Assembly: GCF_036321535.1 (NCBI RefSeq)
Contig: NC_087436.1
Span: 43,774,001-43,838,000, forward strand
DNA from: Camelus dromedarius
Taxonomy: Eukaryota
Length of the DNA stretch: 64,000 bases
Direction of reading: 5' to 3'
The notes under the pieces are model-generated. The model saw only the letters and a program-made list of their open reading frames with translations. It was not told where the DNA came from and ran no database searches. A program made the translations under genes and the position numbers. Of the stretch, positions 13,310-25,348 are shown in pieces (positions within the stretch are counted from its first letter, which is position 1; every line of letters starts with the position of its first letter).

Positions 13310-14010
13310 GTGAGGAAATGTACCAGTGTTTCTTGGTGCATCTTTGCCAATAGTTATTGTCTGAATTGCAACAAAAGAATTATCAAAATTATACAGGTGC
13401 AGTGATTTTAGTCTTGGAGCTGATGGCTTTGGTGTTTGTTGAGTTTTCCAGAACACTTGCTCCAGTCATATCTTCTGGTTGTGAACATTAAATGAAGTTA
13501 TATATTTGAAAGTGTCTGGTACAGTATCTGACACATAATAAGTCTTAATATGTTAAGAGCGCTGACTCTTTCCACCACCACTTCCACTGCTGCTATTACT
13601 ATGATTGTTTTCATTTTTCACTGTAAGCTCAGTTTTACTGATCAGATTATTATTAGGGTAAAGGTATATTTTATTACATATTGGTTGTGAACAATTCTTA
13701 TAGTTGTAACAGAAACAGGTACATAGTGATCCATTCACATCAGTTAAGTTTTTTCTAGCAAAAATATTTTAAAACTCATGAAGGGGCAGATAAGAAAATT
13801 TAGTCAAATTTATGATTAAAAGGGCCATGCCATAGCCTTTCTTGCTTTCTTGCTATACTTGGTTTCTCATTTAAAATTTGAAAATGATTTTCATGGAATC
13901 TGGAAATCAAAAGAAAAATCTGTTTATTTTCTTTAACATACCTATGCAATTTGCTTATTAGTAAACAGTATTTTTCTGGAGTTGTTATAACTTGAATTAT
14001 TCCATTTTAG

Positions 14011-14149
14011 GAGATAAATGACTCTGAGCTATGCTTCCCAAGTGGGCAGAAAATAAAATCTGCGTATCTTCCCCAAAGGCAGATTCACATACCAGCTGTT
14101 TTTCAGTCTACTGCTCAGTATAAGCAGATTTTTACATCTTGTCTCATAG
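14011..14149 (+). CDS. ZGRF1: ZGRF1 exon F (EINDSELCFPSG...FTSCLI)
   Basis: ccattttag acceptor, TAG|gtatga donor, 139 nt, phase 0/1. Confidence 0.92.
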
Positions 14150-14617
14150 GTATGACTGTTACCTTTTTATTTTATTATGATTGATTGCTGCTTAATGTAA
14201 GTAGTATGGCTGTGAGAAAGTATAGTATTTTATATTGTGAATTTTTACATTGTTTCCGTATTGAGATTTGTTTTTATATTTTTACTCCAGTTTTTGACAG
14301 TAAGTTATATTTTAATTTCAGATCAAAATTGAGTTTTAAGAGTGGGAAATGACATTATTATCATCTTTTTCAAGGTATAGTTTAAAAAATTTTTTTAAAC
14401 TGGAAGTATTACAAATGGTTTTGTTAAATTAAGTAGGAAATTTAAAGTATGATGCATGATTAGTTTTGATTGTTTTGTACAAGGGCAAAACTAGCTTTTT
14501 AAAAAGTGGATGTTAGTATTAAGTTATAGTTTACTCTGTCAAAAGGCTATTTTCAGATTTAGCTAGTAGTACATATGTGATAAATACATGAAGTTAGTTT
14601 GTATTTAATTTTCATCT

Positions 14618-14707
14618 TTTTTTTTTTAATGGAGCTACTGAGGATTGAACCCAGAACCTTGTACATGCTAAGCATGCACTGTACCACTAAGCTGTATCCA
14701 TCCCCTC
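14618..14707 (-). mobile_element. tRNA-Ala-derived camelid SINE (Vic-1-like) with 11-bp TSD
   Basis: Reverse complement reads ggatacagcttagtggtacagtgcatgcttagcatgtacaaggttctgggttcaatcc + poly(A); aattttcatct duplicated at 14607 and 14708. Confidence 0.85.
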
Positions 14708-14760
14708 AATTTTCATCTGTATCTATATATTTTTAAATTATCTTTTAAAATTTTTTGCAG

Positions 14761-14945
14761 AACATCTAAATATATTGCTGTTTGGGTTGGCACAAAGGTT
14801 GCACAAAGCCCTTTCAAAAGTTGACATATCATTTTATACATCATCAAATGGAGAGAAGCAGAAAAATGTAGAAAATAATGTGCCCTCCTGCCATCATCAT
14901 CACCCTGCAAAACTTGTCATGGTTAGAAAGGAAGGTCCAAATAAG
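14761..14945 (+). CDS. ZGRF1: ZGRF1 exon, N-terminal half of GRF zinc finger (PSCHHHHPAKLVMVRKEGPNK)
   Basis: ttttttgcag acceptor, AAG|gtattg donor, 185 nt, phase 1/0. Confidence 0.93.
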
Positions 14946-16138
14946 GTATTGTTCCCTCTTCCCCTCCTGTTGCCCCACCTAATACTCATCTCATTAAAAG
15001 TTTATGTACCTGTTGCTTTATGACAAGCTTAAGGAGTAAATTTTGATTAAGAGCCTTCTCCTTGAGACGTTAGTAACTAACATGTAGCAAACTCTCAATC
15101 AATTTTTACTGAAAGATGGTCTGTGTTCGAGGATCAAAAATGTGACTTAAGATGAACGTTCAAATTGCATAGGAACTTACTGTATAGCAGTGGATAGAGA
15201 GAGATACGTAAAAGGAAGTTTTATATAATACTGTAGTTAATAAAGTAGGAGGGATATGCTCAGATTACACTGAGAACCCTGAGAGGGGTGTATGTCCCAA
15301 CCTCAGGGCTTAGAGAATGCAGACATGAGCTTGAAGAAAGTAAAGTTCGTAACTGGTCTGTGTGATCCCTAGTGCCAGTAATGTTACCAATAAGGCCAAA
15401 GGAATAGAAAAGGTACTGACTTAGTTGATATTGCTGATAACATTATTATGGAAGAAGTTAATAAAATGTTTGCATCTTATGGTTTGTACTCATATGCTTT
15501 CACTCATTGTAATACAGTCTTCCTCCACTGTTTGCATACTACCCTTTATCAGTAGTTGAGTATGTAAATTTGGATTTAAATTCAGTTATCAAAAGCAAGA
15601 GTTCATAAATAATATTATAACCATAGAATAAAATACTGTTGAACCACTAGAAGTCTTTTTTTCTGATGTTGAGCATAAGGGTTAGGCTATAGTGTAGAAA
15701 ATGTATTGTTATCTGAGTTTTACTTAGACAGTATGCACATGTGTATCCTTGTGTGTGTGCGCACACATGCACTTATGTGAGTGAGAAAAAAGACTAAAGA
15801 AATGTACAAGATGTTCCCTGTAGTTGTTTTAGGGCAGCTTTCAGGTTTCCTGTATGAAAGTTTTAAATCAGAAAAATAATAAATATTTTTCAAACAAGCT
15901 TATATTCTCAGAATAATGTAATTTTTGATAAAGAGAAAATAAATGGAAAAGTAGGTGGTTTGAAATTTTAATTTATTGTTTAAATTAATAAAAAGATTAA
16001 GTGGTATAGTGACTAATTTATTGGAGTACATTAATGCCAAGCAACCTTTATAAAAATCTTGACAGACATAGTACGAAAACAGTAAAACAATTAAAATGTT
16101 ATTTTTCTTAGTAAATTTCAGTATCTTTTTCCCCTTAG

Positions 16139-16335
16139 GGTCGTCTTTTTTATACCTGTGATGGACCCAAAGCTGACCAGTGTAAATTTTTCAAGTGGCT
16201 TGAAGAAGTGACCCCAGGATATTTAACACAGGAAGAATCTCTACCTAGCATGGTTTTAAGTGATATAAAAAGTATTGGCTTGTACTTAAGAAGTCAGAAG
16301 ATACCCCTCTATGAGGAATGCCAGCTTTTGGTGAG
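16139..16335 (+). CDS. ZGRF1: ZGRF1 exon, C-terminal half of GRF zinc finger (GRLFYTCDGPKADQCKFFKW)
   Basis: GRxFYxC...CxFFxW GRF-ZF signature; ccccttag acceptor, GAG|gtatgt donor, 197 nt, phase 0/2. Confidence 0.95.
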
Positions 16336-16409
16336 GTATGTTTTATGATACCAAATAATTGCCTCTATATTAGAAAATAGTAAAACCTCACAGAATTATC
16401 GGGGGTTTT

Positions 16410-16550
16410 TTTGTATATACATACTTTTATTGAAGTATAGTCCGTTTACAATATTATGTCAATTTCTGGTGTACAGCATAATGCTTCAGTCATACATGAA
16501 CATACAAATACTTGTTTTCTTATTCTTCTTCACCATAAATTACTAGAGGT
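16410..16550 (-). mobile_element. Short L1 3'-end fragment (cetartiodactyl type)
   Basis: ttttattgaagtatagtccgtttacaat...gtacagcata antisense L1 tail. Confidence 0.7.
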
Positions 16551-17249
16551 TGAGACAGGAAAAATATCTCAGAGATAAAATACCTCAATTTTTATGACCA
16601 TACAATAGGAATAATTCCCTAAAGCTCTTTTTGGCCCCCTCTAAACATTAAGCAGTATCAGCAATATCAGGATTACTGGCAGGAATGCTGTTTTTCTAAC
16701 AATTTTTACATATAATCATCATCCTAAGGGAAACTGTATCAAACAAATCATAAGAATAATTTTTATCAGTGCAGGATAATAGGTAGTGGTCATTTACAAG
16801 CCTGAACTACATAGCTTATAGGATAACAGAATGCTACTTTTTGAAAACATGTCTTATATTTATAAGTTGAATTACCCAAAATGTAAATATAGTGAGCATT
16901 TGCATGGTAACTTAATAATAATAACAGTTACTGAGAGTTTATATATGCCAGGCACTCTTTTAAGCACTTTTGCATGTATTATTTCATTTAATTGTCATAA
17001 TAATCTGTAAGATACAGAAATAATCTGGATATTTTATTATTTCTATTTTACAGTTACAGAAACTGAAGTACTCTTTTAGAAACTTCTATTTCAGTCTCTT
17101 AAAACTGATCTTGTTTCTGTGAGATTTGCTATTTTCTCCTTTGACACAGTGCATTTTTATTTTGTATATATGAATGAAAGTATATAAACATATGCACTAT
17201 ATGTATAATAGTACTGTATTTTAAAGATTTTTTAAAAATTGTACCTTCA

Positions 17250-17640
17250 AATTTCCAGTTGTAAAGTAAATTAAGTCCTGTGGATGTAATATACAGCGTG
17301 GTAACTATAGTTCATATTACTTTACTGTATATTTGAAAGTTGCTAAGGGAGTAGATCTTAAGAGTTCTCATCACAAGAAAAAAATTTATTAAAAAAACTT
17401 TTTATATATGCAGTGACTTCTTCAGTGCTTTTAAAAAAAAACTCAATTCAATTTATTTAAACTAAAAATAAAGCAGTTCACCCATTTCCTTCATGAGAGA
17501 AAAATGTAACTGTGTGGTGATGGATGTTAACTAGACTTCTTATAGTGATCATTTCACAGGATACACATATATCAAATCATTATGTTGTACACCTGAAACT
17601 AATATAATGTTATATGTCAATTATATCTCAATTTAAAAAA
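17250..17640 (+). mobile_element. L1 3'-end fragment (L1MA-like), sense, with internal ~115-nt interruption
   Basis: gtagatcttaagagttctcatcac...gtacacctgaaactaatataatgttatatgtcaattatatctcaat + A tail. Confidence 0.8.
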
Positions 17641-17646
17641 TGTGTA

Positions 17647-17999
17647 TTTTTAAAGGTTATATTTCATGTATAGTTATTATAAAATATTACCTATATTCCC
17701 CATGTTGCACAATATATACTTGTAGCTTATTTTATACATAATAGTTTGTACCTCTATCCCTATCTTGCCTCTCCCCTCTTCCTTCTCCCCACTGGTAACC
17801 ACTAATTTGCTCTCTGTATGTCTGCTTCTTTTATATTCACTAGTTTGTTGTATTTTTAAAATTCCACATATAAATGATATCAGACAGTATTTGTCTTTCT
17901 CTGTCTAATTTATTTCACTTAGCATAATACCCTCCAAGTTTGTCCGTATTGCTACAAATGGCAAAATTCCATTCTTTTTAATGGCTGAGTAGTATTCCA

Positions 18000-18039
<40 letters not shown>

Positions 18040-18376
18040 TGTAACACATCTTCTTTATCCATTCATCTGTTACTGGATACTTAGGTTGCTTCCTTATCTT
18101 GGCAATTATAATAATGCTGCTAGGTACTTTGGGGTGCATGTATTGTTTTGAATTCGTGTTTTTGTTTTTTCAGACATATACCCAGGAGTGGAATTGCTGG
18201 ATTATGTGGTAGTTCTATTTTTAGTTTTTTGAGAAAGCTACATACTGTTTTCCATAGTAGTTGTACCAATTTACATTCCCACCAACAGTGTACGAGGGTT
18301 CCCTTTTCTCTACATCCTTGCCAACATTTGTTATTTGTGTTCTCTTTGACAATAGCCATTCTGACAGGTATGAGGT
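17647..18376 (-). mobile_element. L1 3' end incl. ORF2 C-terminus, antisense, with internal (TG)n
   Basis: Minus ORF 18120..18359 ([24 protein letters not shown]) is the L1 ORF2 cysteine-rich C-terminus. Confidence 0.9.
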
Positions 18377-18431
18377 AAAAATTTGTACCTTCATATTCAA
18401 ATTCAGTTTTGTGTTTTTACTCATTTTGCAG

Positions 18432-18571
18432 AAAAGGATTTGATTTTCAAAGAAAACAGTATGGTAAACTAAAGAAGTTTACTACTATAAATCCTGAATT
18501 TTATAATGAACCTAAAAGCAAACTTTATCTTAAGCTAAGTCGGAAAGAAAGTTCTTCAACTTATAGCAAAG
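18432..18571 (+). CDS. ZGRF1: ZGRF1 exon (KGFDFQRKQYGK...STYSK)
   Basis: cattttgcag acceptor, AAG|gtaagt donor, 140 nt, phase 2/1. Confidence 0.93.
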
Positions 18572-19299
18572 GTAAGTTGAGCTGATCGTGTTGGTGTCCA
18601 ACTTTGTGTCTCATTACATACAACTCTGTGAGTCATTTATATTAAAGAGATTTTTTAAAGTCCAGTTTAATAGTATATATTGTGAATTATTATATAATAA
18701 ATTAGACCATTTCTGAAAAGCATACTTTAAATTTTAGTTTTTAAAAAACCTTTTATTATAAACTACCAAAAACTGTTTAATTTTGTTTAAAAAGTCACAC
18801 TAAGTTCTTGGCATCATTAAGTATATTGAATAGTCTGTACCCTGAACCTACTATCAAAAATAAACAGAAAATATAATGAGTTTATTTATACTTCTGTCAT
18901 TGCTGCACAGTAGGACAACACTGGACCCTAAATTTTGTGTATTTGGACATAAAATCCTTAAAATTTTTTTTCTAAGTACCTTAGGTACACTAGATTAGGT
19001 TAATCATTATCTTTGGTTTCATGACCTACTCTTGCTGGTCTTCACCTAGCTTGCTTTAGTTATTTAATTAGTTATTTTAAATGATATAAATATCTGTGAG
19101 TCCACAAAGCAAACCAAAATGTAGTACCTTATAACTACCTGCATTTAGTATAAAGTAACCCATTAACTCATCTGATTGTCTCTCCTGACCTAAGGTATTT
19201 ACCATTTTTGATCCCTATGTTCATCAACATCTTGCTTTCCTTTGTACACAGATTTATGTAAATGAATTACCAAAAAGCATATTTTAAGTTTTAAGTTTT

Positions 19300-22200
19300 T
19301 TTAGTATCATTCCAATGATATAGTTCTGTATGTAATCTTTTAGAACTTACCTTTTTCATTTTTTCTCAGTGAAAATTCTTGTACTATCTTGTAGATGTGC
19401 AAGAGTTTCTTTTGGTTATAATCCTAGGAATGAAAATGCCCCCGACATCTTTAAGCTGTAGTGCCAAACGGACTTCTAAAGTAATTAAATCAACTTATAC
19501 TTCTACCATCTAGTGGCTCAATGTACTCAAATGGTCTAAATGATCTTGTGGTTTTAGTTTGCATTTCTCTGCTTGCCAGTGACACTGAACAGCTCTTCAT
19601 GTGTTCATTACATATTTTCTTCTTACCATTCCATTTTTTTGCTGTGTTGTGTATAATCTTATTTACAGTTCTTAAATGTTTTCCATGTTAATCTTTTCTT
19701 GATCATGTATATTGTGGCTGCCTGGCTGCCAGTATGTATCATGTCTTTTCACTTACTTCAAGGTATTTTTAGATATAAAAATTATTTTTTAATATAGTTG
19801 GATGTATTAGTCTTTTCTTTTTGGCAGTGCTTTCTGTGTCTTATTTTAAAAATCTTTCCTAATGCTAAAGATCTAAAATTATTTACCTATATTTTCTATT
19901 AATGGTTTTAAAGTTTTATTTTTTTACTTTTTTAAAGTTTTCTTTTTAAGGTTTTCTTAATGGCATACTACGTAAGAAAATTTTCAATCCATTTGGAGGT
20001 TTTTTGTTTTTCTTTTTTTTTTTTTTGGTTCATGGCATGAGATAGGGATCCAATTTCATCTTTTTCTCTTTAAGTATCAATTTTGCTAGAATAGTAGTCA
20101 TTTTATTGATTAATTAGCCCCTTTTGTCCTCTTTGACTTGAAATGCTACCTCTGTCGTATAACCAAGTTCAAAACAGTGTGGGTCTGTTTCTCGAGTCCC
20201 TACTTGTACTGTTGTTCAATTTATATATCACTGTGCCAATTCCACATTGTCTTAATTTCTGTAGCTTCAACTATGTACACTTCCTTCCTGCTATTTTATT
20301 ACTTTTTGAAACATATTAAAATTATTTTATTAGGTGCATATATATTTAAAATTGCTATTATCTTGGTAAATTGAAACTTTATGTAGAGACCCTCTCCGTC
20401 TCTAAAAATACTTTTAAAATCTAGTTTTTTACATAGCTATATGAAGTTTATTTTGATTAGTATTTGCTCAATAAGTCTTCCAATATTTTGTTCCACCTTT
20501 GTATATTCTTATAAAGATGTGTCCCTCTTAAACAGCATGTCTGAAATTTCAAATGTTAACTTTTATGTAAATGGAGTAAGTCCAATAGTTAATTTTATTA
20601 TAATAATCTATATACTTGGGTATGTTTCTGCAGTCTTGAGTTATTTCTGTTTATCCCACTATATGCTGTTTTTCATTCTTTCTTGCTTTTTAAAAAAATT
20701 GGCAGTTAAATCTACTCTCCAATAAGACAAGAACTTAGAAAGTACTCACATTGCTTGTTTTTTTTTGCTTGACCTCTTCTTTCATGCCCCTCTCCCCATC
20801 AAGTTGGTAATTCATCTAGACCAGCCCTACTCCAAGTGTGGTCTGTAGGCTGGCTCTGGTCCATAGACTGTCATTGGTTCCCAAAGAGGTGAGGAGCTTC
20901 TCTAGAATATCAGATGCCTATGTCATTAGCAGACTGTTAGTTTCATTGTGTTTTGCTTTGTTTAGTTTTGTTTGTAGCAAGACTTTCCGAATGAAGGAAG
21001 CATTATGTTGATTTGTTGAATCACCTAGCACAAGCTTCTTGTTACTGACAGATAACAGTCTGTTCAGGACAGGCTGCTTTGAGTAGCACTAATCTAAATA
21101 TGTAACTTTAGGATGCTATGGATTTATTTTCTACCGATCTTTGGATGTTACTCCTTTTTAAAAGATGACTACAAGCTTATCCAAGGTATTTAGTTACCTT
21201 TATTTCATGTATTTTTCATGTATCCCTTTTAGCGCCTCCTGGATTTTTCTGTCTTATTTATGTGTTTCATCAAAAACTTTTATGAATGTTTTGTATGTGG
21301 GTCTTTGAATGATGAACCTGAAGCCTTGAATGCTGGAGAACTTTTTTATTATATATTCATATTTGAATGATAGTTGGCTACATATAAAATTCTAGGTTCT
21401 AATGTTTTCTTTTAATACTTTTCACCTACAGAAATATCAGTTTCATATGTTTTAACCCAATATTTAATATACTTGGCTATCTTCTTGCATCCATTATTGC
21501 TGTTGAAAAATCTGATGGCACTCTGATTCTTACACCTTTGTATGTAATTTGTACTTTCTGGCTGGAAGCATTAGAACTTTCTCTGACTATTATAGTCTTA
21601 TATTTCTCTATAACTGCCTAACTGTGGGTTTTTCCTTTTTTTCCTCTGGATACACTGTACCTCTGGGTACACTGTGGGCCTTTGAAATCTAAAGTCCTCT
21701 ATCTCCAAACTTGTCCAGTATATACATTAAATGTATACAGCTTCTGTATGTCAGTCATACCTTCATAAGATAGTTTAATAAAAGAAACTAAAGTGCTTTG
21801 GCTTTTTATTTTTTAATTTTGGGAAATTGATCTTCATTCTTTCCTTTTTTTAAATTTTAAATTTAAAAAATCTTTAATTTTATTTTAATTGAAGTGTAGT
21901 TGATTTACAGTGTTAGCTTCAGGTGTACAGCAAAGTGATTCAGTTATACATATATTTTTTTTTCAGATTCTTTTCCATTAAATGTTATTATAAGAAATTA
22001 AATATAGTTCTCTGTTATACAATAGGTCCTTGTTGTTTATCTGTTTTATATATATAGTAATGTGGGTCAATCTTCATTCTTTTTTTTATTGAAGTATAGT
22101 CAGTTTACAATGTGTCAATTTCTAGTATACAGCAGAATAGTTCAGTCATACATATACACACACATATATTTTTGTTTTCATATTCTTTTTCATTATAGCT

Positions 22201-22700
22201 TACTACATGATATTGAATATAGTTCCTTGTGCTATACATTATTTGTTTAAATAATTTTTCTCTTTATTTTTGTTTCTCGCTCTAGGATTTTATTATTCAG
22301 AGTTAGCACTATAGAATTTATCCTCTAAATCTCTTAACATTTCTTTTATATTGTCTGGGTTTTTATCCTTTCTTCCTTCTGGGAGATATCTTCAATATGA
22401 TCTTCTAAATTGCTTAATTATTCCTCAGATGTATCCATTCTGTTATTTATTCCATCAATTACAACTTTCTTTCAACTACTATATTTTTGCAACCCAATAT
22501 TTTTATTCATACATTTTTCATATTTTCTTGTTCTTATTTTGCATTGCTACTATCTTTCCTTACCTCTTTTAATCCCTCTACCAGGCTACATTTAAATCCT
22601 TTGTCCATCTGTTCTGGTGTTTCCTTTTCTGCAGGATTCTATAATCCAGTATGTTATTCTTTTGAAGTCTTTGTGCTTCTCAAATGTCTCATTATTGTGC
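19300..22700 (-). mobile_element. Fragmented ancient L1 (L1ME-like) with younger L1 tails nested at about 21850-22240
   Basis: T-rich antisense L1 phrases; two attgaagt(g/a)tagt tails; atcttcattct duplicated at about 21830 and 22070. Confidence 0.6.
20822..21091. mobile_element. hAT-Charlie MITE (Charlie4-like)
   Basis: TIRs cagccctactccaagtgtgg / gctttgagtagcacta; 8-bp NTCTARAN-type TSD atctagac / atctaaat. Confidence 0.7.
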
Positions 22701-24987
22701 CCTGTGAACTAATTTTTCCCTGGTGGTATCAGCTGTTGTTTCTGGCAGTGCATATGAGGAAAGGCAGATCCCAGTCTGGTCAACTGTAGTGAGCTCAGGG
22801 GGTTGGGTTCAGTCTCATATCTGCCATTTACTGGCCCTGTGTCTGTGGATAATTTATTTAACTTCTCTGGACTTTGGTCTTTTTTCATGTATAAAATGGT
22901 AATAATAATAGTAACTATCATATTTAAAATGCCTACTAAGATAAGTTATTGTGTTTTACTAAAAATAAAATTCCCATAGATAAATGACCTGATGATGGCC
23001 TGTGATCTTTTTACTTATCCCTGGTGCCCAGTAGTTATGTGGGTTGCTGCCTCATTTCTCTTACTTAAAGTCCTCTCTGGTAGTCAGTTTTAGAGGGTTG
23101 CATTCCCAAGTTCAGCCCTAGGACAAATCCTGGAGTCAGCTGCTCCAAGAGTGATAGGATTATTCCTTCATCCATTAATTAATGTTCCAGCTGACCTTCT
23201 CCACCCAGAACTCCTTAGTTGGTAAGCTTGGGGTTATCCTGGGAATCTATTGGGAAAATTCTCTGTGTTGTTTTTTTGTTTTGTTTTTTGTTTTTCAGAT
23301 TTCCTTTGTATCGTCTGTAAAGGATTAGCAGTTTCCCAGCTTTGTAGGATTTTATCATCCTTCTTTTCCCATTCCCTTTGTGGCCTCCTTAAGAATCTCT
23401 GAAATAAGTGTGGCTCTTCCTATCCGACTCCTGGCTGTTTTCCAGTACTATACTGGATTTATATTTTATATTTCTTCTGTCATTTCAATGCGATTTAGGG
23501 AGAAAGGAAAGGCGGATAATTTTCTTCTGAGGGTTACCTTGAATTGGAGCTCTCTTAAAAAATTGTGAATGTAGAGTAAAAGAAGTCTTTGCAAATAAGG
23601 AATAAATTATTTAAATACATATATTTACCTCAATTGGCAGATGTTTTTAAATAAATTAGGTATAAAATACACTATAGTATAGATCAGCTTTTTCTACAGT
23701 AGTTTCCTAAACATATTTCTTTAAAAAAATTGTTCCGTGGGAGTACTGATAAGAGTTAATATAAAAATAAAAAGTAGGTTCCATGTTAAACAGATAACCT
23801 TAATGCAAGATTGATTTTCAGAGTCTTAATGTGTGATGTGCATTGGACTTTGAAAGGTAGGAATGTAGCCCAATAAACTGTCTTTTCTGATGCAGTTGAG
23901 ATTCTTGGTTGGTCTGTTAATTTTAAAAGTTGGTTAAAGTCAGGGATTATAAAAAATTATGCATAGGAACATTGAGCATTTTAACTTAAAATTCATGAAT
24001 ATATTTTTACTTAATGATCTTTTGATGAAGAGTCAAGACTTTTGCTTAGGATATGAGTTTTTTGATTGGAGATCCTTTTCATCTTTCTTGTATAGACCAT
24101 ATCCACAAATGCACTGTCCATAAAGATTTACCATTTAAATTCTTAAACATGGAGCAAGAACTTAAAGTCACTTATGAAGCAATCTAAGTGGAGAATGATT
24201 TAAAATTTTTCAATCCCTTTTCTAATGTTATATTTATCTCATCTGTTCTTGAGTCAAAATTGGTTTTTCATATTTGGGTTTTTATTTTTAAAGGAGATCT
24301 TAATTAAGTCTTTCTAAATTATTCACTTTAGTTTTTTAAAAACAATTTTCCCCTTCATATTCATAATGGGTCAAATAATATGATTAAGTTATATAATTAT
24401 AACAACAAATACAACTGGTATAAATAAGTTTTAAAACAAATGCAATTGACTCCTTGTAAGTGTAAACTCAACTGATGGTGGAAACAGTACACAAGTATTC
24501 TGGAAAGTAGCCTACTAGCTATGAGTATTCAATGTACTATGGAGAAGAAAGGAAAACATTAATCTGGAGCATCTGTTAAGTGGAGGTCTATTACGAGAAC
24601 CTGTGTTCTATTCATGGATTGCCAACTTTATTTGAGTATGGAAACCATTACATGGCCAAGCATATTTTTAGACTAATATTCGACAGTGGGAAAAAAATCA
24701 GATCTAGCTATAAATCTATTTTATAAGAGAAGGACAAGTTAGATGCTGTCTTTGCTGTATTTACATTTTTAAAAATAATTATAAAGTAACTTAAAAAATA
24801 TAAAACTAGTTGAGTTAAAAACGTGGAAGTGAAATATTACATGTTTAGGTCTTAGTTTGGGTGGAATCTTACAAATAATAACCAATTTTGTTTTTTGAGA
24901 AATAATGTAAGACTAAGCATTGAAGAAATCCAAGGTAGCTTTGGATTGAGCATAGTTCTGAGACCTTTAAAAAATGTTTGCCTTTTC

Positions 24988-25186
24988 TCACACATACAGA
25001 GAACAAACTAGTAGTTGCCAGTAGAGGGTGGAGAGGAGGGGCGATATGGGAGTAGAAGAGTGGGAGGTAAAAACTGCTGGGTGTAAGTAAGATAGGCTCA
25101 AGGATGTATTGTACAACACAGGGAATAGAGCCAATATTTTGTAATAACTAATATAAAGTGACCTTTAAAAATTAAGAAAAAATTTT
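24988..25186 (+). mobile_element. 5'-truncated L1 3' end inserted at a ZGRF1 acceptor
   Basis: acagagaacaaactagt...gtacaacacagggaatagagccaatattttgtaataact L1 tail; 16-bp TSD with 14/16 identity. Confidence 0.85.
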
Positions 25187-25204
25187 AAATGTTTATCTTT
25201 TCAG

Positions 25205-25348
25205 ATGATCTTTGGGTGGTTTCAAAAACCTTGGACTTTGATTTGGATACTTTTATTGCATGTAGTACTTTCTTTGGACCATCATCTATCAATGAGGTAG
25301 AGTTACTACCTTTGAAAGGTTATTTCCCTTCGAATTGGCCCAATAGCA
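25205..25348 (+). CDS. ZGRF1: ZGRF1 exon (DLWVVSKTLDF...PSNWPNS)
   Basis: tcttttcag acceptor, GCA|gtaagt donor, 144 nt, phase 1/1. Confidence 0.93.

Noticed and set aside
13310..13405. Read-through of exon E ORF to a stop in the intron, as an alternative terminal exon
   Set aside because: Good donor at 13309 and no clear nearby AATAAA; ordinary intronic run-on
14618..14707. tRNA-Ala gene (also at about 28.8 kb and 46.8 kb)
   Set aside because: Poly(A) tails, TSDs on two of the copies and degenerate stems show these are SINE copies, not tRNA genes
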